From NCBI GenBank assembly GCA_947458985.1, contig CANHBA010000001.1, forward strand, positions 1 through 39,797: 39,797 nt of DNA, written 5' to 3'. Each line of letters begins with the position of its first letter. Positions within the stretch are counted from its first letter, which is position 1. The notes under the pieces were generated by a model. That model worked only from the letters and a program-made list of their open reading frames with translations, did no database searches and was not told the DNA's origin. The position numbers and the translations under genes were made by a program. This DNA is from Flavobacteriales bacterium. GTDB lineage: Bacteria > Bacteroidota > Bacteroidia > Flavobacteriales_D > Crocinitomicaceae. Below, piece by piece: positions 8,907 to 16,898 of this stretch.

Positions 8907-9897
8907 TGCTCAAAGATTGAAGGATTTCTTTGCGTTGAATTTTGTGGGTGCTTGTGCGCTTGAAAACCTGAATGCAGGCATATTTTTTTGGTATTTCTGC
9001 ACTAGAGAGTCCGAGTCCGTCGAAATGAAGGTAATCTTTGACGATTTCGCCTTCAAAAATGATCCCGACGACTTGTCCCCATTTTTCATCGGTAATACCT
9101 GCGGTGAAGAATGGATTTTGAAAGTGACCAGCCAGTTTTTGTTCGAGGAGTTCAGGAATGATTTTGAATCCGCCGGAGTTAATAGCGTTATCGGCTCTGC
9201 CTAACCAAGTGAAGGTAGTTGAACTGTGAAGGTTGACAAGGTCTTTGGTGTAAAATGCCTGGAGTTGCATTTGTGGGTAGTGGATTACTAAGCAGTCGTT
9301 TTTTGTTGAAAATTGAATGCCGGGTAGGGCGCTGTAATGCGCAACTTCTATGGGGCTAATTTGTTGGAGTGCCACATGAGAAAGCGTTTCGGTCATGCCG
9401 TAGCTTTGCCAAACTTGGAGCCCTGCCGCACGACACGCCGCTTTCAGCACAGGCGTGAGCTCGCCTCCGCCCACTAAAATTTTAGGAATGCGCTTGAGCT
9501 GCTCGAGGTCGTGCAAGAGGCTTTGTTGCAACTGTGTGGGTACCATTGCAATAAAATCGATGGCTTGTTCGAGGTGCTGAAGTGGTCTTGAGCTAGGTTG
9601 TTGGAGGGTCAATTCAAAAGCACCAACTAGAGAACGCGCCATGAGCATTTTTGCGCCAACACTGCTCGTGGGCAAACAAAGGAGTGCTTTGGTTTGTGTA
9701 TTTAACCCTAAAGCGTCAATACTTGCTTTTGCAGAATGCAGCATTTGCGCATGACTAAATCTGAAAATTTGAGGTGCGCCGGTGGTGCCTGAACTCTGGA
9801 TTTCAAAGGTGGCTTGGGCATTCCACTGCTGCAAAAAATATTGGGCTTCTTTTTCGAGAAGTGGGTTGGGTGCTGCAAATATCCAGTTGGCCTGCAT
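8884..9897 (-). CDS. short AMP-binding (adenylate-forming) enzyme, O-succinylbenzoate-CoA ligase-like
   Basis: Motifs SSGTTGAPQ, YGMTET and GRADNAINSGGFKI. 337 aa. ATGA overlap with the stop of the dnaX C-terminal segment. The menE assignment is only by size and motif similarity. Confidence 0.6.
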   Translation of the reverse strand: MQANWIFAAPNPLLEKEAQYFLQQWNAQATFEIQSSGTTGAPQIFRFSHAQMLHSAKASIDALGLNTQTKALLCLPTSSVGAKMLMARSLVGAFELTLQQPSSRPLQHLEQAIDFIAMVPTQLQQSLLHDLEQLKRIPKILVGGGELTPVLKAACRAAGLQVWQSYGMTETLSHVALQQISPIEVAHYSALPGIQFSTKNDCLVIHYPQMQLQAFYTKDLVNLHSSTTFTWLGRADNAINSGGFKIIPELLEQKLAGHFQNPFFTAGITDEKWGQVVGIIFEGEIVKDYLHFDGLGLSSAEIPKKYACIQVFKRTSTHKIQRKEILQSLSNADWKSI

Positions 9898-10529
9898 CAG
9901 TAATCGATGTCTAGATTGAAACGATTTTTGAGTGTGTGCAGGTTCGGGTTTTTGCGAGCCAATGCAGCAAATTTGTCTTTGCCAGTAAGGAATTTGACTT
10001 CTTCTTCATCGGCGGCGGCTTGCACCAACACGATGTCTAGGTAGAAGTTGTTGAGTTGCTTGCGCATGAATTCTTTAAAGGTAAGCAGGTGGGTTTGGAT
10101 GTAATTTTGCTGAACGAGGTTGTCTACGGTAAGTTCGAGGGTTTCTTCGCCTCTCAAGACAGGGTCTCGCTTGATGAGTGCATTGTAAAAAGTTTCCATG
10201 CCATCTTCTTTGACTTGAAACGCAAATTGTTTCCAGTACATTTTGACGTGATCGAGGTGAAAGCCTTCGCGTGGGAGGTCTTCTTGGCGCACCTGTTGGT
10301 TGCTTTCTTTGTCTTTTTCGAGGGTTTCCCGAATAGAAATCATGTTGGCTTTCACGTTGCCTTGCGGCTTACTCAACTGAATTGCTGGTTCTTTTAAGGG
10401 TAGAGCAGGTGGAGCACTTGTGGTGGTGGGTGCTGCAGTTGTTGTACTCGTTGAAGGAGCGCTGTTGGTTTTGGCTTTTCGCAGTGATTGTTTGGGCGAA
10501 GGGAGGATGTCGATGCGCTCAGTTAGCCC
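9897..10529 (-). CDS. dnaX: tau-specific C-terminal part of DnaX, in the -1 frame relative to 10523..11638 (not an independent gene)
   Basis: The -1 frame is open with no stop from GGG at 10529 through the track ORF 9897..10376. It encodes a P/T/A-rich linker (PSTSTTTAAPTTTSAPPALP) followed by a folded C-terminal domain. There is no ATG or promoter box at its 5' end. Confidence 0.75.
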   Translation of the reverse strand, partial: GLTERIDILPSPKQSLRKAKTNSAPSTSTTTAAPTTTSAPPALPLKEPAIQLSKPQGNVKANMISIRETLEKDKESNQQVRQEDLPREGFHLDHVKMYWKQFAFQVKEDGMETFYNALIKRDPVLRGEETLELTVDNLVQQNYIQTHLLTFKEFMRKQLNNFYLDIVLVQAAADEEEVKFLTGKDKFAALARKNPNLHTLKNRFNLDIDY

Positions 10530-11638
10530 TTTTTTTTTTCTTGCTCTTGCTTGAGGGAGCAGAGCTGCATAAGAGCTACTTCAATGAGAAGCCGCTGGTT
10601 TTTGGAGGCTTTGTAGTCGACATCGGTTTTGGACAGCACCTGCAGGCCTCTGAGGAGTCTTTGTGCTTCAATTTCTGTTGCTTGCTGCACAAAGCGTTGT
10701 TTGATGGTGTCTGGTGTTTCGAGTAAACTTGCGGTTCTGGGGTCTTTGCAAACGAGAATGTTGCGCAGGTGTTCGGCAAGCCCAACAACGAAATGATGGC
10801 CATCAAAGCCTTTTTCGTAGATGTCGTTGAGAATGAGTAGGGCCGAAGAAATGTCTTCTTTTTCAGCGGCGTCGATGACTTTGAAATAGTATTCGTAGTC
10901 TAGGATGTGCAGGTTTTCAAGAACATCTTTGTAGGTGAGCGTGTTGCCGGCAAAGGTAACGAGCTGATCAAAGATAGAAAGGGCGTCGCGCAAGGCGCCA
11001 TCGGCTTTCATGGCTATTTGGTGCAGGGCTTCTGGGTCGGCAGAAACACCTTCTTTGGTAGCAATGGTGCTGAGGTGATCGGCGATGTCCTTGACACGGA
11101 TTCTCTGGAAATCAAAAATTTGACATCTGGAGAGAATAGTGGGGATGATTTTGTGTTTTTCCGTGGTTGCTAAAATAAAAATAGCATGCTTTGGAGGCTC
11201 TTCTAGGGTTTTGAGAAAGGCGTTGAAAGCCGAAGTAGAGAGCATGTGAACCTCGTCGATGATATAAACTTTGTGGCTGCCGAGTTGTGGCGCAATGCGC
11301 ACTTGATCGATGAGGTTGCGGATGTCGTCAACGGAGTTGTTGGAGGCGGCATCTAGCTCGTAAATGTTGAGGGAGTTTCCGGTGTGGAAGGATAGGCAGG
11401 AATCGCATTGGTCACAGGCTTCAATTTCTGATGTAGGGTTGAAGCAATTGATGGTTTTGGCCAGGATACGCGCCGTGGTGGTTTTGCCTACACCCCGTGA
11501 GCCACAAAATAAAAATGCTTGGGCAAGGTGCTGGTTTTTGATGGCATTTTTGAGTGTATTGGTAATGGATTGCTGCCCCACAACCGTGTCAAAGGTTTGC
11601 GGGCGGTATTTGCGTGCCGATACAACGAATTCACTCAT
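10523..11638 (-). CDS. dnaX: DNA polymerase III subunit gamma/tau, zero-frame product (371 aa, domains I-III only)
   Basis: Walker A CGSRGVGKTT, Zn module CDQCDSC, DEVHML and SRC motif LSRCQIF. The ORF stops 2 codons after the A10 tract. Confidence 0.95.
   Translation of the reverse strand: MSEFVVSARKYRPQTFDTVVGQQSITNTLKNAIKNQHLAQAFLFCGSRGVGKTTTARILAKTINCFNPTSEIEACDQCDSCLSFHTGNSLNIYELDAASNNSVDDIRNLIDQVRIAPQLGSHKVYIIDEVHMLSTSAFNAFLKTLEEPPKHAIFILATTEKHKIIPTILSRCQIFDFQRIRVKDIADHLSTIATKEGVSADPEALHQIAMKADGALRDALSIFDQLVTFAGNTLTYKDVLENLHILDYEYYFKVIDAAEKEDISSALLILNDIYEKGFDGHHFVVGLAEHLRNILVCKDPRTASLLETPDTIKQRFVQQATEIEAQRLLRGLQVLSKTDVDYKASKNQRLLIEVALMQLCSLKQEQEKKKG
10529..10539 (-). other. A10 homopolymer ending in an in-phase A_AAA_AAG slippery heptamer (candidate recoding or slippage site, or homopolymer miscall)
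   Basis: The minus strand reads CAA GAA AAA AAA AAG GGC TAA. The 10 consecutive A span 10539..10530. The heptamer A AAA AAG spans 10535..10529 in the dnaX zero frame. Confidence 0.8.
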
Positions 11639-11642
11639 AGCT

Positions 11643-11650
11643 CAAAGATA
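11643..11650 (-). promoter_or_regulatory. Bacteroidota -7 box TAtcTTTG, 4 nt upstream of the dnaX ATG
   Basis: The minus strand reads TATCTTTG AGCT ATG. Confidence 0.45.
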
Positions 11651-11694
11651 CCGCTTATTTTTAAAAATATGCAGCGAAGATATCAACACTTCGG

Positions 11695-13209
11695 CTAATT
11701 TTTGAGCAATTTAAATTGTTGGCGTCCGACCGACAAGAAGTAAGTTCCTGCAGGAAAAGAACTGAGGTCAAGTTGCTGTTCTAGGGTACCCATTAAAACT
11801 ACTTTTCCATCTTGGTTACAAACTTCGAAAGCTTGCCCGTTACAGACTACTGGAACTTCAAAAATACCAAAACTAGGATTGGGGTAAATAGGCAAAGCTG
11901 TAGGGATTTGCTGCACAAAATTGGTGCTGTCGTTTTGATTGTAGCGATTGAGGTAGATTTTCAAACTGCCACTGCGTACATCGCCCCAAACAGTATAAAG
12001 TTGATTGTTTTGAAATTGTACATTTAAGAAGTCGTTGCCATTTTCAAGTAAGATGGAATCGTGTGCAACATTCGGGCTAATTGTAAATTCGGCGCCCCAA
12101 GACTGATTGCTTTGAATGCGGCAAAAGATTTGGCTGGCGCTACTATAAGTTCCAGGGCTGCCATTGCGGCGGTCTCGCCAGCAAACGGCAAGGTCGCCAT
12201 CGGTGTCGTAGTCTGCCCAAATTAAATCTTGTATAACGCCATTGGCTTGCGGGTCGTTGTTTACTCTGGATGGTGCACTCCATGTGCTGCCATTTTTTTC
12301 AATAAAGGCGATATCAGGATCTCCAAATACAGCAGTCATAAAGAAATAGGCAGCGCGTCCAGAATTAGTTGGGTCAAGCGCCAAATGCGGGCCGCTCTTG
12401 AGGGTGTCGTTTCCGGCGCCAAAGCCAAGGCCTTGAAAGGCTGTTTGGTAGCTGTAAAATGATGCAGGTGCGGTTTTGTTGACCTCTACCACTCTAGGTA
12501 AAATACTCTGGGCTGTTTCAAAGCTTGGATACGCTGCCATAAATGTGCCGTCGTTGGCAAATGCAGGCGAAGGCATTGGTTGAGGTATCGCGCTGCCCGC
12601 TAAAAACGGCGCTGCATCGAGTTCTTGTAAACTGAAGCTCGCACCGCCATCTGATGAGATTGCCGTATAAGGATGATACGGTGCTTGCACAAGTGTTGGT
12701 TGCTTGGCGTTTGTACTCGTAATGACGATGCTTCCTGTTAATGGATCTACTGCAATCCAAGGGCGGTCAATACACAGTTTATTCGGACATGAAGCGATGG
12801 ATCTTGCCAACACGGCTGCCCCCCAACTGAGGCCTCCATCGGTGGATTTTCTGCAAATGACGGCGCCATTTGTAAAATTGACGTTGTCGTAGTCAATATA
12901 TGCCATGTAAAGGTTGCCATTGAGGTCAAAGCCGAGCGAAACATCGGCACTGCTGTTGCCTGCTTGTTGATGCGCTTGCCAAACAGGCGCTGACCACGTG
13001 TTGCCTCCATCTAATGAAACAACGCTTTTGATCACAATTTTTTGATTGAATTGAAAACCCATCCAGGCCGCCACCAAATGTTGCTCATTTTGGGGATTGA
13101 CTGCCAAATACGGCTCACCTTCAAAAATATTTCCGCTCGAGATTAGTGTGTTTTGTGCAGTTGCGCTTAGCAGTGAAAAAGCGCTAAGCAACAATAATAA
13201 TAACTTCAT
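11695..13209 (-). CDS. secreted BNR/Asp-box (sialidase-like beta-propeller) protein with T9SS C-terminal sorting domain
   Basis: Asp-boxes SLDGGNTW, STDGGLSW and SSDGGASF. Signal peptide MKLLLLLLSAFSLLSATAQ from the internal ATG at 13209. The C-terminus (IYPNPSFGIFEV...GTYFLSV...FKLLKN) is typical of a T9SS CTD. Confidence 0.75.
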   Translation of the reverse strand: MKLLLLLLSAFSLLSATAQNTLISSGNIFEGEPYLAVNPQNEQHLVAAWMGFQFNQKIVIKSVVSLDGGNTWSAPVWQAHQQAGNSSADVSLGFDLNGNLYMAYIDYDNVNFTNGAVICRKSTDGGLSWGAAVLARSIASCPNKLCIDRPWIAVDPLTGSIVITSTNAKQPTLVQAPYHPYTAISSDGGASFSLQELDAAPFLAGSAIPQPMPSPAFANDGTFMAAYPSFETAQSILPRVVEVNKTAPASFYSYQTAFQGLGFGAGNDTLKSGPHLALDPTNSGRAAYFFMTAVFGDPDIAFIEKNGSTWSAPSRVNNDPQANGVIQDLIWADYDTDGDLAVCWRDRRNGSPGTYSSASQIFCRIQSNQSWGAEFTISPNVAHDSILLENGNDFLNVQFQNNQLYTVWGDVRSGSLKIYLNRYNQNDSTNFVQQIPTALPIYPNPSFGIFEVPVVCNGQAFEVCNQDGKVVLMGTLEQQLDLSSFPAGTYFLSVGRQQFKLLKN

Positions 13210-13242
13210 ATTTTTGGTATTAAAGGCAAGAAACAACTTTAC

Positions 13243-13271
13243 AAAAATAAAAAAGCCACTCGAGAGTGGCT
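13243..13271 (-). terminator. rho-independent terminator after the M16 pair
   Basis: Minus strand: AGCCACT-CTCG-AGTGGCT followed by a T-rich run. Confidence 0.7.
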
Positions 13272-13282
13272 TTAAAATTGGT

Positions 13283-15364
13283 CTAAAAATCGGTGGGCAA
13301 TACTGCTTTCGGATTGACTTCAATAGTTTTGACAACTCCGTTTAAGGTCATTTTGCCAACGCTCATGCTGAAGGAGTGAGCGAACATCATGCCGTTGACA
13401 AGCTTGAAGTCAGAGAAAGATGTTGTTGTTTCTACGAGTTCATCGCCAACTTTGCGCAGGTTGGTAGAACGCAGCTTCATGAAAGTATTGGTTGTGAAGT
13501 AATCGTAGTTCTCAGCTTGGCCGTCGGTGGTGTATAACACATAGCAATCTTGACCATCAATGGCTTCAATGCCTTTGAGTTCGTAGTTCATGCCTTTGGC
13601 CTTGTAGTTGAGTTCAGGGATGAGCCCGCTCGCTTTTTGCTTGGCAGCGATTTCTTCTGCTTTGAGGTCTTCGCGGCCATTTTGCATGCTAAACGTGTAG
13701 CCGCTTACGCCGTCAAAATATGATTTTTGCAAAACCATTCCGGGCATTTCCATTTTGCTCGCTTCTTTGACACCTTCCCAGAAGTAGTCTGTAGAGCTAA
13801 GGGCAAAAGGAATTTGCTCCGAACTCAACTCAGAAACACGCACATATGATTTGATCGCTTTTACTTTTTTGAGCGCGGCTTTTTTAGAGCTGGTTGCTGT
13901 CAGGGCCATTACATAACTATCGAGGAGTTGATCGGCGCTGATATCAGCTGTTTTGGTTTCTTTGATGGCAGCACCAAAAGCATCTAGTTTCTCGATTTTA
14001 CCGTCACTGTCGAAAGGCAAGAGTTTGGGTAAAATTTCTTCGTTACCCACCACAATAATGTGGCAGTTTTTGGCGGTGAAATACTGTTGGGCAACGCGGA
14101 GGACATCTTCTTTGGTAATGGCCTCGAGTTGTTGCAAGTACTTTTGGTAGTAATCCGGAGCTAATTTTAGTTTGATGGTATTCAAGGCAAAACGCGCAAC
14201 TGTTTGCGGACGCTCCAAAGAACGTGCAAAACCACCAGCCATGTTGTTTTTAGTGAGGCTGAGTTCTTCGTCGGTAACCTGCGCTTCAATGATACCTGCA
14301 AATTCTTTCAGGATTTCAGTGATGGCGGAGTCCGTTACTGCATTTTTGAAATTGCCACCCGCAGACATCCAAGAGCCATTTTCGGTGATGTTCAAAGAGG
14401 AATAACAGCCGTAAGTAAAGGCTTTGTCTTCGCGAAGGTTTTGCATCAGGCGCGTCCCAAAACCGCCCCCGCCTAAAATGCCGTTCAAGACATTTAGTGC
14501 GAGTTGGTCTTTGTGACCTGCGCGCATATCAATAGGAAAGGTGACATATACAACAGATTGTACAGCTCCCGGTTTTTTGACAAAAATGACGCGGTTGCCT
14601 TTGTCAAATTGGCCTTTGCCTAAAGAAGCTTGGTAAGCTGGCCCACCTTGCCATGTCGCAAAATAAGTTTGAACCAACGCTTCGGTTTCAGCTCTTGTGA
14701 TGTCGCCCACAACAACTAAATAACTCCCTTGCGGGGTAAAAGTGCTTTTGTAGTAAGCGAGTAGGTCTTCGCGTGAAATATTTTGAAGTGTGGCTTCGGT
14801 CATGATTTCGCCGAGCGGATGGTTCGGAAAGTTTACAGCGCGCGTGGCATTGCTGGCCATCTCTCCTGCGTCTGCTTTGGTCGATTGCAAGCCCGATAAA
14901 TTTTGCTTGCGCACGCGTTCTACTTCGCTTTCAGGGAAGTTGGCATTGTACAACACGTCGGTCATGAGGTCGAGGCCTTTACTGAGGTGCTTGGTGAGGC
15001 AACCTAAGTACATGCTAGAAGAACCAGCAGAAAGATCGGCGCCGATGAAGTCGATTTCGCGATCGAGTTGGTCTTTGGAGCGGGTAGTGGTACCCGACAT
15101 CAGTAAAGAACCAGTAAAATCAGCCAAACCTGCTTTGTTACCTTCTAAGCGCGGCGTGTTGCCGAGACTCAGTTCGATAGATACTTTTGGAATTTTGTGG
15201 TTTTCAGATAAAATAACCGTGATTCCATTTGAGGTTGTGAAAACCTGCGAAGCAGGAATGTTGATTTTTTGTGCCGCCGCTGGAGCTGGTCTTTGAGATC
15301 GATCGAGTTGTGCAAAAACACTGTTGGTCAAGATCAATACCACGAGGAGATATAGACTTTTCAT
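13283..15364 (-). CDS. M16 (pitrilysin) family protein, non-catalytic partner with an extra ~230-aa C-terminal domain
   Basis: M16 fold signature is present, but the HxxEH position reads FTGSLLMSGT. Signal peptide MKSLYLLVVLILTNSVFAQ. 693 aa. It starts 6 nt downstream of the catalytic M16 gene. Confidence 0.8.
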   Translation of the reverse strand: MKSLYLLVVLILTNSVFAQLDRSQRPAPAAAQKINIPASQVFTTSNGITVILSENHKIPKVSIELSLGNTPRLEGNKAGLADFTGSLLMSGTTTRSKDQLDREIDFIGADLSAGSSSMYLGCLTKHLSKGLDLMTDVLYNANFPESEVERVRKQNLSGLQSTKADAGEMASNATRAVNFPNHPLGEIMTEATLQNISREDLLAYYKSTFTPQGSYLVVVGDITRAETEALVQTYFATWQGGPAYQASLGKGQFDKGNRVIFVKKPGAVQSVVYVTFPIDMRAGHKDQLALNVLNGILGGGGFGTRLMQNLREDKAFTYGCYSSLNITENGSWMSAGGNFKNAVTDSAITEILKEFAGIIEAQVTDEELSLTKNNMAGGFARSLERPQTVARFALNTIKLKLAPDYYQKYLQQLEAITKEDVLRVAQQYFTAKNCHIIVVGNEEILPKLLPFDSDGKIEKLDAFGAAIKETKTADISADQLLDSYVMALTATSSKKAALKKVKAIKSYVRVSELSSEQIPFALSSTDYFWEGVKEASKMEMPGMVLQKSYFDGVSGYTFSMQNGREDLKAEEIAAKQKASGLIPELNYKAKGMNYELKGIEAIDGQDCYVLYTTDGQAENYDYFTTNTFMKLRSTNLRKVGDELVETTTSFSDFKLVNGMMFAHSFSMSVGKMTLNGVVKTIEVNPKAVLPTDF

Positions 15365-15369
15365 GAGGC

Positions 15370-16836
15370 TTATTTTTCTTTAGGTAAGTAATAGAGGATC
15401 ACGCGGTTGTCCTGAGTGAGGTAAGTATTGGCTACTCTAAGGATGTCTTCTCTGGTGACTTTCAAATAATTTGACAACAAGGAGTTGACGCGATTGGCGT
15501 CGCCGTAATAAACATGGTTGTCTGCTAAATTCTCAGCGATGCCGGCAATGCTAGCGTTGCTAGAAGCAATATCGTTTTCGAATTTATTGCGCACTTTCTG
15601 AAATTCTTCTTCACTAATGAGTGACGCTTTAATGGTGGCAATTTGAGCGTCAAATGCAGCAAGAAGGGTGTCTAAGGCAACTTCTTTTGGCGCAATGGCC
15701 GCCATAATTCCGATACCGGCATCTTCCAAACCATAATTAAAGGAGAAGGCATATTGTGCCAATTGGCGTTTCTCTACGATTTCTTTATTGATGCGCGAAG
15801 AACTACCGCTCGAAAGCACTTCGTTTAGGAACTCCAAAGCGTAGGTATCAGGGTGTGTTTGTGCAGGCATTTTGTAGCCCATAAAAAGCGCCGGTAACTG
15901 GATGTTGTCGTAGATGGTATCCTTGATAACGCCTGAAATACTTTGTTTGTCTTTGGCTGGTCTTTCTATGACACACGGTTTGCTTAGGTAGCTGTTGATG
16001 ATTTTTTTAGCTTCTGGTGTATTCGATGCCATAAAATTCTTGGCGTCAAACTGATTCTTTGAAATGTTGTAACGCGCCACAAATGCGTCATCACTTAAAT
16101 TGATGAAATCGCGGTAGAGGTTGATTGCTTGCCCTTGTGGAATGCTTCCGAAGTAGGCAGCAATCCATTTTTTGGTTTGTTCGATGTTGATATCGCCAGC
16201 AATTGACAACGTCGCATTTGACGGAACATAATAAGTTTTGTAGAAATTGACGTAGTCTTCTTCTTGGGCAGCGTCGAGGTGTTCCATGCTTCCAATAGGC
16301 GCCCAGTTGTAAGGGTGCGCAGTAAAGACGCGTTTGAACATTTCGGTAAAGAAAGATCCATAGGGTTGGTTGTCTACGCGTTGTCTTTTTTCTTCTTTGA
16401 CCACACTGCGTTGCGTTTCAATTCCTTTGATGTCCACTTTTGCGTGTAGCATGCGCTCGCTTTCTAACCAAAGGCCTAATTCGAGTTGGTTAGAAGGCAA
16501 TACTTCGTAATAGTAGGTGCGGTCTTGGGACGTGTTGGCATTGAGCGTTCCGCCATTTTTTTCGACGAGCTCGCTGTATTCGCCGCGACCAATATTGGCA
16601 GACCCTTCGAAAAGCAAGTGCTCAAAAAAGTGTGCAAAACCAGTGCGGTTGGTGTTTTCGTTTTTCGAGCCGACATGGTACAGAACAGATACCGCTACAA
16701 TTGGCGTGGCGTGTTCTTCGTGCAGTATGACATGCAACCCATTCGGGAGGTCATATGCTTCATAAGTGATTTTTTGCTGCGCCCAAAACGAAGCGCTACC
16801 AAGCAAAAAAAGACTGCATAAAATAGTTTTTTTCAT
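15370..16836 (-). CDS. M16 family zinc peptidase (catalytic subunit)
   Basis: Inverted zinc motif HFFEH within FAHFFEHLLFEGS. A signal peptide is present. I chose the ATG at 16836 (MKKTILCS) rather than the TTG at 16842. Confidence 0.85.
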   Translation of the reverse strand: MKKTILCSLFLLGSASFWAQQKITYEAYDLPNGLHVILHEEHATPIVAVSVLYHVGSKNENTNRTGFAHFFEHLLFEGSANIGRGEYSELVEKNGGTLNANTSQDRTYYYEVLPSNQLELGLWLESERMLHAKVDIKGIETQRSVVKEEKRQRVDNQPYGSFFTEMFKRVFTAHPYNWAPIGSMEHLDAAQEEDYVNFYKTYYVPSNATLSIAGDINIEQTKKWIAAYFGSIPQGQAINLYRDFINLSDDAFVARYNISKNQFDAKNFMASNTPEAKKIINSYLSKPCVIERPAKDKQSISGVIKDTIYDNIQLPALFMGYKMPAQTHPDTYALEFLNEVLSSGSSSRINKEIVEKRQLAQYAFSFNYGLEDAGIGIMAAIAPKEVALDTLLAAFDAQIATIKASLISEEEFQKVRNKFENDIASSNASIAGIAENLADNHVYYGDANRVNSLLSNYLKVTREDILRVANTYLTQDNRVILYYLPKEK

Positions 16837-16886
16837 AGTCAATTGGATAAGCGCTACGAAGATACATTTATTGGTCTAAATTTTGG

Positions 16887-16894
16887 TAACTTTG
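16887..16894 (+). promoter_or_regulatory. Bacteroidota -7 box TAacTTTG, 4 nt upstream of ATG 16899
   Basis: The plus strand reads TAACTTTG AAAG ATG. Confidence 0.45.
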
Positions 16895-16898
16895 AAAG

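Noticed and set aside
9897-10376. 159-aa ORF treated as an independent gene starting at TTG 10376
   Set aside because: The same frame stays open upstream for a further 51 codons to the A10 tract of dnaX. It has no ATG and no promoter. Its sequence looks like the linker plus C-terminal domain of tau. I treat it as part of dnaX.
10470-10528. A stimulatory stem-loop or pseudoknot downstream of the A_AAA_AAG site, and an upstream SD-like element as in E. coli dnaX
   Set aside because: I found only trivial 3-5-bp complementarities (for example GGGC...GCCC with a ~30-nt loop). There is no SD-like AGGGAG upstream. I do not claim a PRF stimulator.
14790-15296. 168-aa antisense ORF inside the M16 partner gene. 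Similar antisense or alternative-frame ORFs occur in rho (2811..3167, 3850..4113), pnp (24020..24539, 25127..25495), murQ (20315..20674) and the 4492..5766 gene (4599..4958).
   Set aside because: All lie wholly within well-supported conserved CDSs. They have low-complexity or hydrophobic nonsense composition and no regulatory signals.
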